64,000 bases of DNA from Rhina ancylostomus (Eukaryota), in the NCBI GenBank assembly GCA_030265395.1, contig JARFYF010000084.1, positions 104,773,140-104,837,139 of the forward strand, given 5' to 3'. Below the pieces are notes generated by a model. The model ran no database searches and was not told the DNA's origin. It worked only from the letters and a program-made list of their open reading frames with translations. Below, in pieces: positions 1 through 11,970 of this stretch (its first letter is position 1; every line of letters begins with the position of its first letter). A program made the translations under genes and the position numbers.

Positions 1-3000
1 ACTCTGCATTACGTATTCAACAATAGCTAGATCAACAGTGATTAGAAGACGGATGATAGAAAATAAGAAATAGAGTAACAAATTATTATTTCAGTAGATG
101 CGTTTTATATGTAGATGCACATGGTTGTTTACATAGGTAAATAACGGCTGTAAGGATAGATTAATTCATTTCATTCAGCTCTCCATATGGATGTTTCTTT
201 TTACAGGCACAATATCCCTGTTTGTTAGCTTGGGTAGACTAGTTGAGAAACATCAAAATCAGACTCAGGAATAATGTTTCTCTGACCATTTTAAATACGG
301 TAAAGAACAGCGTCTACAAGTACTGAAATGGTAAACACCAATAGTCTCTGCTTTCTGCTTTCAGTAAATTCATCCTGGTAAAAAAGAATAGAAAGAACAT
401 AGCAATAAAAGTATGTATTCAGGGTGATGATTTATAGATTTAATTTTGATATTCTTGTAAAGAAAATCCCAACAGAAGAGCACAACGCCATATCTCAGCT
501 TTGAAAGATTTCACAGTAATTGTGTGTGGGAGTGATTGTTATTGCATCAGCGCTCTTCATTAAGGCGTGCTTGCATCTACATGTGCATTTGGTATATAAA
601 CACTACAGTACTTCTAGAGAAAAGTAGTTAACAAAATGTCCACGGAGGTTGTTCAAACGACCAACCGACCTGCAAACATACAGAAGCTCAGTTTTGTACT
701 TGATATGTCTGCATATGGGCTCCCTTCCACCAGAATGTTATTTTAATTGCACGCGATTGAAATTTGTTTATACTCCCCAAATCCCAACTTCGATTTTCCA
801 TAATTGCACGCTGTTAAGGTTTTATCGACCATAAAATAGTGGAGTGTTTCTTTTGCAATAATTAGGCATTTTTGAACACCTCGATGGAGTCATTTGTGTT
901 TTGGAATAAGAGAGCACTTACTGCGCCCTGAGCGCGGCATCAGATCGCAGTGAAAGGACGGAAGCCAAGGGCTCCTTACTAAAGATCTCATTATCTCGTT
1001 AGATTTCTTTTCTTGTCAACAATAGTAACATAGAGATTGAAATATCTAGGCTGGTGTAAACAATGCATATATACAACGTGTGTCTTCATATATTTTAATA
1101 GGGGAAATTTAAGTGTTGTGGTAAATATAGTTACAGATCCTGTAACCGAACTCGAAACAAAGCAACTATAGGACAATGATTGCAAATTACCGCCAGTGAT
1201 AAACGCGGTTGTTTAGTAGTCGGACAATTTCACATCTTCGAGTGCTATAAATGTATTTTTGGGAAGGATGATATTTCATTTATTGCAAGTTGTTAAATAC
1301 CTCGATAGGTTAATTTTCAGTACTGAATCCTTATATCTCTCTTTCTTCCCTAAATATAGACTGGCTTAAAAAAACAGAATGCCTGTCGTAATCAAAATCT
1401 GTAGCTGTTGGAGGTGTGAGTATAAATGCAACACGAGTATGGAGGGAAATGTGCAAGACCTCGCTAGTTCGAATCCTCTTAGTGAAAGGCCGACGCTTGC
1501 CGCTTTCCTCAGTTACTGTTCTGTAGTATGCAACCTTGTGATGCAATTCTTCATGTGTGCCTTCTCTTGCATTTGTACATAAGATTTTAATAAATTTGAA
1601 ATTATCTCATTCTCGCCTGATCTGTTCTGTTTATGATTTGTTTTAGATAATATTTTTAGCTTTCGTTTATTCGTGCCTCAAGCATGAGTGCAGAATCTTC
1701 AGGACCCCCCTCCCTCCCCTCCCCTCCCACCACTATCACTGCAACTCTTATAAAGGGAAATTTTCACAAGTTAGTGAAGATAAAATATGATATTTTAAGA
1801 TGGACAATGTGTAACCTATACCTATTATTTTCCTGTTAGGTGATATATTTAATAACCACTTCACAATTGCTGCTGGACCATGTCTTAGGAAAACTGGATA
1901 AAACAAGGCAATATAATGAGAGTATGAACACAGACGGGGTAAATCTTAACCGAAGAACTCAGAAAACGTATTAAACAGTAACAATTTCTGTTTGTCTTTT
2001 GGGCGGAAAACAACGCAGATCAATTTAAATACTGTACTGCACTTTTCGGTTCATTTTTTTTAATTGACATGCATCTTGTAGAAGATGCAGTGCCAATGAA
2101 TTTCTTTCTGTTGCAGCTTAGAACTAAATGGTAATTGGTCTGGGAAAGGTTAAAATATTATCATTCCGATTTAGTCTTTCCGTTGACGTATTTGCATTTC
2201 CTTGCAAATAGCAAAACCTTCCTAATGCTCATATTAATTGAAATACTGCCGACACATTGAATCTACAATTCAATGCTAGGAATTTTGGCACTTTTGAAAT
2301 CCATTTTAAATCAAAGTTAGATTACCGTCAAACGCACAGATATGTAAATTAGATTTTATCATCTAGTTAATGAGAGGGAATTTTTGGCCGAGACTTTTCG
2401 TTCTGGGGGTGATTAAGTTTAGTACATTCCAAACAGTTGCAGCAGATGTAATTCCAGTCATAAATACCTTACCCTTTTCTTGGCCTATCAGATATATTTG
2501 GGGCCTTGGTTTGGCGCTTGTAGTTAACTTCAAATGCCATAATCGCTGCCCTGACCAATAAATATTTCGTAATATAGTAACACCTAAGCACATATTAACC
2601 CACGCATCCTATTCTTTCTAAACAAAACAATACAGCTTCTGAAACTGCGAAATTCGAGGCCGTGATTCAAGATGGCAACCCACATGGCACGTTGTATAAC
2701 TCATTGCTACGATCATTTCTCGTTTACATGTTGCATTTTTTAGAAATAAAATTACAACTAATGCAAAGAAGTACAATAATCTCCCAATTATTTTCTAATA
2801 ATTGCAACACAATCGAAAAACGCAATGTATCTAGGAAGTATTTAAATGGTTGAAGGTAGAATTTGCAGCCTCTGGACTGTGCAGAGTATTTAAATAAATT
2901 AAACCTGCAGTATTTTACACAAAACTTGTCTGTCCACCGAATTTTCGATTAATCGAAAACACTGCTTTTTGTAACTTATTTTAGAGTTCTAGATTAATTT

Positions 3001-4517
3001 AACTCTTCGCTCAGTTCGAATTCCCGCTTCTTTCGCTCCCATGCTAGTATTAAAAGGTATTTTTACCATCTTAACCATGGATTATTCTTACATTTTATGT
3101 CTATTATTTAGAATTACAGTGATTTACAGTAAACGGATACATTTCACTTAGTTTTCATTAATCACAAACCCCTTCTTAAATCTAATTTTCTATTTCTAAC
3201 CACAAACATGCTTAAACTACCTCCTACGGTTGGCATAAATACTACTAAAGATCAAATAGAGTTCAATACCCAATGTAGGGGTGCTTTGCCGATGTACAAA
3301 TATTCAAAATCTTTACACTTTCCTAGTGGTTTGCCAAACATACACTTCACAAGGGTTATTATTATTCTGCGCGCAATTGAACGCTCAGTTAGAGCCGTTT
3401 AAAATTTAAAACATTAATTTCGTGTAAATAAGCTTCACCGAGCTCTTGAATCGAATTCAGGACATTCGTGTATTATGTAAGCAAAATGATGATTACTGGA
3501 CGAGTCCAAAAAAACAACTTACATAACGGTTAATTTGAGAACTGAACTCAACCATTTAATCAGCAACATATGACCAGAAAGAGACGCTGTGCTGCTCCAA
3601 GCGCAGGTTTGTTCACACTCCAAACACACGATGGCAGCATCGAGTCCAAAAACTAATAGCAAACATCAATATCCACACATTTTCACATTTTAAGTCAGAC
3701 AACACTGNNNNNNNNNNNNNNNNNNNNNNNNNNNNNNNNNCTCTAACAATACCAGACAATTTTGTCTGCTCACACCCGAAATAGGATGTCTTTGATCTTT
3801 CCTTTCCATTCATGATCAACTTCAGCACAGCAATAAACCGCTGATAATTACGGATGGCGACTCCAAGTTAACGCTAGCACAGAACGCTCATTAGCCTGCT
3901 GTCAGATAATTTCCCCAAAAAAAACATAACTATTTTTAAACTATAGCACATTAAAGTAAAATTATGCATTGATGAAAGACGATTGAAATCAAATATTCAA
4001 TTGATTGGTGAAAGGAACCCGTCGCCATCGTTGCAACCGGCACCTTATTCATTGTAAAGTGGATGTAGCTTCCTCACCCCATAAAATGTATAACGCCCTT
4101 TTGTTAAAATATCACGGAATTCCTACTATATGGCATCTTCTTAAAAACAATATCGATCAAGCAATATGTTTTACTTCCTAATAATTGCTCTTTCTTTTCT
4201 CAACCAATAAGCCGGTTGTCGATCAGATCAGCCGGAACGTACCGCGTCAATCGCATTTTCCACACTTTTTTTTTAAAAAAGCATATTTCACAGTTCCAAA
4301 GAAAAAAAGAAGCCAGTGACAACACTCAAATTGTTTTAAAATATGCATAACCAATGTGATATTTCGAATTAGATATTCCGAAGGTCGTTGACCCTTTTGG
4401 ACCAGATGCTCTAACTTTGACAAATTAAGAATTTTAGAAAGTAGGTTTTAGCATAATATCTTTAAAAAGGTTTTTATTTACGGAATTGCGAAGTGACGAA
4501 TGACGAGTGGGCCTTAC

Positions 4518-5090
4518 CTTGCAACTGAATCGATCTCTTGGACTGGCTCTCCGGGGCACTGCACAGGCCGTGCGTAGGGTTGACTCAGCCCCAGTGAGAG
4601 TGTTCGTAGAGTCCGTGTTAGTTTGACAGCTGTCCGTTCAACTTCAGCCGAGGCCAATGGCTCTCGCATTCCGCCAGCGGCGTTTAGTGACGACTTGCAG
4701 GAAACTGCCCTGCGGATAGCAGCCGGCGCTTTTTAGTCCAATGCTCCACCTTCTGTGGAGGAATTCGCGGTTGCCAGCCATGAGATTCGTGCTGAAAGCT
4801 TTGGATGTATTGAGGCTCCATGGGCAATAATCAGTGCGCCGGGAGGGGGAAAAAAAGAACAAAATATGCGTCGAAAAAAAAGCCTCCAAGCTCTCACATC
4901 CGAACCAAGACGCGTTTAGCACAAGAATGCAGCTCTATAGTCGCAAGGGAAATTATAAAAAGTTCATGTTCACGGTTACTCTCCACATGACTTTCAGCGG
5001 CCAATGGAAAAACCGAACAACTCGTAAAGTTCTATTGCAAAGTTGTAAATTTTCATAAAACAACAACGGATTTATGACATTTCCCCATGA
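4518..5090 (-). promoter_or_regulatory. Orphan promoter plus putative first exon between HoxA7 and HoxA6
   Basis: CACATG (4984-4989) followed 11 nt later by CCAAT (5001-5005), a CATAAA/TTTATG cluster at 5020-5080, a GC/CpG-rich stretch at 4520-4930, and a strong donor AAG|GTAAGG at 4518/4517. Confidence 0.5.
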
Positions 5091-6500
5091 CTATTAGGAG
5101 GCAGGTCCTAGACGCCATTTTTAACAAAGAGACAAGTTAAAATTGCGAAATTATAAAAGATTTTTTCCGCAGTTTAAACATAATTTTTCAGTTTCCGAAG
5201 ACCAGTTATTATGATAATAATATCAATCTGTAATTTGTGGGATTTTTTTATACAGGTCAGTGCTATTTCTGCACCCCGGCTGTTATTAAAGCGCATCAGG
5301 TCGGTGTTACGTTTAATCGCAGCTTTCTATCCATATTTTCTTTCCAGTTTTCCGTTTTACTTAAGTACGCTGCAGTTAGAAAATGAACCCTAGCTCGCCC
5401 ATACGCTGTGATTCAGCTTCAGGTTGGACTGCCGCTCTGTATCCATAACAGATAAAGATGCACTTGCCCGAAAATTCGTTCAAAGGTCGCCGATGAAAGA
5501 GCACTCGGCTCTTCTCCCCACTTCTTATTTGTATTTAATATTGAGTCCGAATACAACATTGCTTCATTTAAAAAAAACATTTTCTTCCAGTGCTCGCAGA
5601 TTGATAAATGGGCACGATTTAGAATCGAATGCTAATTACTCAGTTGTAACTTTTGCCCAGAATCCCCAATTCGAAAGCATTCCGTCTGAATATTGTCATG
5701 CTCAGAATAAAACATCTGGACACTTTTCATCACATTTACCCAGTTTTAACAATCGATTTTTCTAACATAGGTTTTAATTAATATAAAGATTGCCAATAAG
5801 GTGTTTTAAGAGTATATTTCATTTTATATAATGAAAATCAGATTATTGGAAGATGATGGGGTACGGTCTATGAAGAAGTGTGTACAAATTTTCAAACAGT
5901 TTATATTTAATTATTGTAATTATCCAACCCATACCTTTATAACGAAACATATACCCACTCATTTGGTGGTATATGGCTCAGACAAGAAATCGAGACCGTG
6001 TTTATTCAAGCACCGTTTAATGTTTTTGAGTTTTGTTTTCTTACACAGTTTCCATTCAAAGTATACATGTCGAGAACGAATATATATATTTTAAATAGAT
6101 TGCACCTTAAACCTTTAACATCGGTTATTATTGAACAACACATACACAGATTACAAAGCAAACTTTCGATTGACAGATACCACACCGAAAATGGAACCAC
6201 AATATATTCAGCTGACGATGCAGTTCGGGTTTTCTATTATTACATTTGGTTATTAGATTTTTTTATAATTTACACAGTACACATGTCTAAGACAACTGAT
6301 ACAACACTTATACACATACAATGCTAATATAGATGGATGAAAGTCCTTTAAAATATTTAGAATGTATCCTATGCAAGTTCAACAAATGACTNNNNNNNNN
6401 NNNNNNNNNNGCCTCCTAATGCAACTATTTTGCTTTTTACAGCATAGTATTGAAGCATATTGCGAAAGGATTCCATTTGCGTTAAACGTAAACGGGCATC

Positions 6501-7506
6501 TAGGTAGTATTCACTATTTTCCTGTTATAAAGTGACTACATACGCACCTCATTAAAATACACACATATCGGAATATATTTCACAATTTTACTCTCATTTT
6601 ATGGTACTGTTATAAGAAGGGCGAAAAGTCAAGACTCCAGAACAACATTCTCTGTCTCGAAACGAATCTTAAATTAAAACATTTAGGTAGTTTCCATAAA
6701 CGTGCAAGATGTCCACTATTGTGGTTTAGGTAGTTACATTTAATTGCCAAGTGAAAACAAAATTGTTTTATACCCTTAGTGGGGACGGTACATATATGAA
6801 ATAAAAGACATACTCGTAACACAATAAACAATGTAGAGAAAAATGAGGAATTGAGCAGAAATAAACTATTTTACTCATGAGTTTGTTTCCTAATCAGTTC
6901 TTGTAATATATGACAGGGTGGCTCGTATACTTGGTTTCTGTTTGGATTGGAAATGAGTTCCTAAAGTCACAACGTTCTTATTGTGTGAATGGTATGCAGA
7001 AATGTTTTAAAATATGATTAGAATACGAATTAATAAGATAAAATAAGTTTGACAAATAGCTCAGTGCATGAGATATATCTTATATCACATAGTGGTAAGT
7101 GAATTAAATACAACAATGGCTACAGTTTGTTTTTCCGGCTCATGTTGTTCCTATCGCTCTACTATCTGAGACCCAGGGTCGGAATACCCTTCCATTATAT
7201 ACGTAGACTGCAGAGGTTCAGAATTGTGCTCCCTTCTAGGTTTTATTGCAATAAGAGATTCTCAGATTAGCTAGGGACGACCGGGCAAAGGGTCTAAATC
7301 CATTGACTTTCACTTTAGTACCGAAAGAACTTATTCTGAACCTATTTTACTAACGCCGATCAAGATTTTGGATTTTGTTTTATTAAAACCAAATCAGAGA
7401 AAGTAAATTTATTATTTATTTCAGAAGATTATTGAAACATATAGGTAGTATCATGAGTGCCAATGCACAGCATCTTTCTAATAGTCCACGATTGTGGCTA
7501 GGTAGT
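6501..7506 (-). promoter_or_regulatory. Five miR-196 8mer seed sites (ACTACCTA) downstream of the HoxA7 stop
   Basis: The plus strand has TAGGTAGT at 6501-6508, 6684-6691, 6727-6734, 7442-7449 and 7499-7506. HoxA7 is an established miR-196 target. Confidence 0.85.
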
Positions 7507-7575
7507 TAAATGTCATTGTTAGCTGTTGGGAAACAGCTTTGTACATTCGCACAGTTCAAGCTTCGGCTGGACGTT

Positions 7576-7851
<276 letters not shown>

Positions 7852-8595
7852 CTAAAATAACGTTTAGTAATTAGTAAACATAGACAATCTGTCCAATCCA
7901 TTATTGGTTTCTGTAACTTTCTCTCATCTGTTTCATAACTCATTAAATTGTCGATGGACTAAACAGAATTTTTAAATGGCGATGAACTGTTTTAGGATGC
8001 AAATAAACAATCTTGATCGAAGCGTTTCTCTTTTCGAGCTGGGTATTTACAGAGCAAGGATATTTCACAGGGTTCAGTGGAGGCCTCTGTGGTCTAAGTA
8101 TTGTAATTAAGTATTGGTGTCCATTATCTTGAGAAAAATAATATTCGGGCTCCCCACATTTCACTCAAGATAAAGTACGTCAATGCTAACAGCTCAGAGC
8201 CAGAAATTACAAGTAACTTAAGTCTTACATTTCCATTTATGATTCTTCAAGTGTGTTGACTTGTTCAACACCAGCAAAGAAACACAGAAATCCGTGTAGA
8301 ACACTTGCATAATAGGACCAAAGTGGTGCGATTTAAATACGAACCCACATCTATAAGAGTTGAAGCTTTACAGGGGTCAAGGGATCTTTCTTGAGGTAAA
8401 ATATAATTTCTTCAATCTCTCGACGGTGTTTTATCTGTAAACTTACATTAGACATGGAATATATCATTCCATTCGCTCAAGACTATATTGTTTCCCGCGT
8501 ATCAGTTAAAAAGAACTTATTTGATGTTGATAAAAGTGAGTAAATAAGCAATATGTGGCTTGCTGTTAACTTTAAATGAGCGGATGTCGAGTGCT

Positions 8596-8645
8596 TTTAC
8601 GAGGATTGTACTGATTAATTGTGCAATAAAAGTTTTATGATTGCT
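8596..8645. promoter_or_regulatory. HB1-type homeodomain/Cdx binding cluster in the HoxA7 intron
   Basis: TTTTACGA...TGATTAATTGTGCAATAAAAGTTTTATGA, near the 5' end of the intron where a conserved homeodomain-binding element is known in mouse Hoxa7. Confidence 0.6.
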
Positions 8646-8788
8646 ATCTGCATACAATGCCACATGCGTTTGAGGAACTGTTCCGTAGCTATCATTAAAA
8701 CTCTAAACTACTTTCAGGAGGTACTGGCTCTCATCTTAACTGGCCGTTTGCACGTCTCCCACAGCCGTGTTACATTGATGTCCCATAC

Positions 8789-9182
8789 CTGCATTCCTCA
8801 TCCAGGGGTAAATCCGGAAATTGCTCTCTGCTTGAGGATGCACGTTTGTCTGATCCAATTTTTCGCAACCCTGTTTGCTCAGATCGCTGCAAAGTACTGG
8901 AATGTTCTGGTCTAAGGCAGAGCAGCGCAGGTTGTAGGAATCTGAATTTAGGTTATAACCTGTGTTGTACATGGAAGGGCCGTGATAGATTGCACTGTTA
9001 ACATTGTACAGCCCGGCCATCGGGGTTGGGAAGGCGCCCGCGCTCGCTCCATAGCTCGATCTTTGTGAGTTCGCTGCAAAAGCGCAAGAAGTTGCTTCTG
9101 TAAAGCCACTCGTGTTCTGGAAAACGGATGTCCCCGCCGTATATTTGGGAAAAAGAGCATTCACATAATACGACGAACTCAT
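8789..9182 (-). CDS. HoxA7: HoxA7 exon 1
   Basis: Starts MSSSYYVNALF (paralogy group 7 N-terminus) and has the hexapeptide FRIYPWMR. The donor is GCA G|GTATGG at 8789/8788. Length is 394 nt (phase 1). Confidence 0.96.
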
Positions 9183-9256
9183 AATTTTGTCTGGTGATTT
9201 GTTGGCCGAGACTCTTCAGTGTCGGTTTTACGAGATAGCGTGATATATGGCAGCAT
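9179..9256 (-). other. uORF in the HoxA7 leader (25 aa), stop overlapping the main ATG
   Basis: ATG at 9256 gives MLPYITLSRKTDTEESRPTNHQTKL*. The TGA at 9181-9179 overlaps the HoxA7 ATG (ATGA). Confidence 0.7.
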
Positions 9257-9312
9257 TACACCCCCGATTTACACCAAACACCCATTTTCCTTCGGCCCGA
9301 CTTATTTCTATT

Positions 9313-9346
9313 CACGTGACCCGACCATGTGATCCCGTCACCCAAT
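9313..9346 (-). promoter_or_regulatory. HoxA7 proximal promoter (E-boxes plus CCAAT)
   Basis: CACGTG at 9313-9318, CATGTG at 9326-9331 and CCAAT at 9342-9346, about 130-165 nt upstream of the ATG. Confidence 0.65.
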
Positions 9347-11873
9347 AGCATTTCACATCACAGGTGGTAAATATCATGTTATTTGACTATTTTCAAAATA
9401 AATTATGCAAGAATCATATAAAAGATTGCATTATTAATATAGATAGGCTGTGGAACTTTCAAAAAGTAAGTATCTTCTAACAAGTTCCTGACAAGCCAAT
9501 CCCCCACACGCATGTGAAGATTTTCAGAGCGCAGGTATGTCTCCAACGCTTGTAAAAATGAGATGCACGATGAATTTGGAAATGTAATGAAAGGTTTTCT
9601 TTGATACAGAAACAAAAATGGAGACACGTTGGTTTAACTACTGGAAGTAAGCATAATTTACGCATAGAAGGAAATCAATGGTCACATTAGATCAACATTA
9701 AGAAATATTTTCTGCACTTTGCTTGAAAAATAAGATTATATGGTTTCAATTAAAAGACAAGCCCTATCCCATTGTTCCACACGCTCTCTGTGCAAGAGTT
9801 AGCTGCTATTCAGCATTATGAAACCCTGTACGAAATTGGAGAGAGATGGGATTGGGGGAGGGGTTGAGAGCCTGTGATCTGTAACCCTATGGAATTAATG
9901 ATCAGGGTTCATCTAATCTCTAGATTACAGGATAATCTGCGTGGTTTTGGTGAGGACTAGAAATGCAAAAAGGTATAAACTGCAGTAATGATGCAAGGGG
10001 ATTGGGCGGGGCATCACAGTGAAATCAGCTCCTGCTATGAACTCTCGATCTTTTTATAGATTCCGTCATGTTTGGATATTGATTTACTGAAATGCATAAT
10101 TTCATTTTGTGAACAACCGCATTTCCTCTGCTGTTTCAATGCCACAGCTATTCTGTGGAAACCTCTTGGAGTTGCTAGGTAATCTGACGAGATCCCCGCA
10201 GGGGATTTAGCCCGGCATCATTTCCTCCTTCTGCTTTATAACTTTTTTTTCTCTGTCTCCTAATTCTCTCATTAGATCATGGAAGGTGTCTCCGAAACGA
10301 GTTTCCTTGCAATTGCGACAGTCATTCTACGTTGGCTTTCGTTGCTTTCTAGCCGAATAGTTGCCTCAATGCACAAGATTAATAGTTATATTTCTTCGAT
10401 GTTACACGTAGACAAGAAACCCCAGGCCACTGTAGATACAGCAGATACACAGTCTTGCAACGATGCACCTGGTACGTTGAAAGTAAAGGATTATTACAAT
10501 AAAATATGCTTCTGTATTTGCGTCTGAGATCCTTAAGGAAGCATTTGTTCTCATGTTATTAAATGTTATTTTCTTTTGAACTCTGGGTCTCTCCGGTAGT
10601 TGCAGTGCGAGTTCTATGCAGAAAGGCTTTCGACCAGCGAGGACGTTTTATCGGGAGGTTATTGGTCTGCATTCATCCCTCGGTCGTTAAAGAATATTCT
10701 TTGGTTGATATACCACCAGACTATAAAACTGTTGGTAATCTCCATGTTTCCTGTACATACCTAAAACGAAACGGCGTGCTCATGTAAATATCGCAGGAAC
10801 CGCTTTGAGAGATGGCTTTGTGGTCTAAACTTTCNNNNNNNNNNNNNNNNNNNNNNNNNNNNNNNNNNNNNNNNNNNNNNNNNNNNNNNNNNNNNNNNNN
10901 NNNNNNNNNNNNNNNNNNNNNNNNNNNNNNNNNNNNNNNNNNNNNNNNNNNNNNNNNNNNNNNNNNNNNNNNNNNNNNNNNNNNNNNNNNNNNNNNNNNN
11001 NNNNNNNNNTAAATAATAACATATTTTCTAAGTCTAAACATTCCTAGCTGAAAATAGGTTACCGCTACCGATTGTTCTCAAGTTTGAAATAATTGATCTC
11101 CGACGAAAACTTGAAAGATCCGAGTCAATGGAAGGGGGCAATTGAATGAAAAGTAATACAATTCAACAGAATAAAATCAACATTTCATCCATGCCACCCT
11201 ATTTCAATAATAACAAAAATCAGGCTGTTAACTGAAGCCAAATATGCGCCAAGAACACCGACGTTCCCCAAAGTTCCATAAATTCATTTCCAAATAATAT
11301 GAAGCAGGCAATTGGTAATAAAACTATTTTTTTCTATTTGACACTTTATTTCTCCATTTCCCAGGATTGCCAGTTTCTTCGTACGGTTGTCCTTTGATCA
11401 TTGCGACCGCATGGACTTTGTTGCAAATGTTGATAAATATCGTACAAATTATAATAGTCTGTCCAACATCTGAAGTATGCTTGCGTTCTGCTATCTCGTT
11501 AGATTGTAACTTTGCTTATAAAACACTGATACTGTTTATTTAGCAACAACACCAAATTCTTATTTTCTTTTTATTACCAGGAATCCGTGGATGCATTTTA
11601 CGCAGTATCGTTTGAGCAGATCGAATTGAAGAAAGCACAGAAGCATTGAAAGCAAGACACATGTTAATGCGATTATATAAAAACATTGTGGCCGTAACTC
11701 CAAATATTGCCAATTGCTTTAGAAATAAAAATGTGGTGAATAAAGCTTTGCAAGTATTGCTGGTCTCTAAGCAATGCTGTGCTGTTATGTCTTCCGCAGT
11801 TTTGGCATATTTGATCTTACACGATTGAAAATCGATAAATATTCAATTACAAACAATTTCTCAATTGCATAAA

Positions 11874-11970
11874 TAGGTAGACAGACAGGCAAACAGACAG
11901 ACAGATAGGTAGACAGATAGATGGAAAAGCAGACAGACAGGCAGAGAAGCAGACGGACAACGAGACAGAA
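11874..11970. repeat. Degenerate (GACA/GATA)n tetranucleotide repeat
   Basis: taggtagacagacaggcaaacagacagacagataggtagacagatagat... Confidence 0.85.

Noticed and set aside
919-940. CTCF-like string CTGCGCCCTGAGCGCGG, and weaker ones at about 485, 4021 and 42701
   Set aside because: Core positions are mismatched, so they are too weak without a PWM score or ChIP data.
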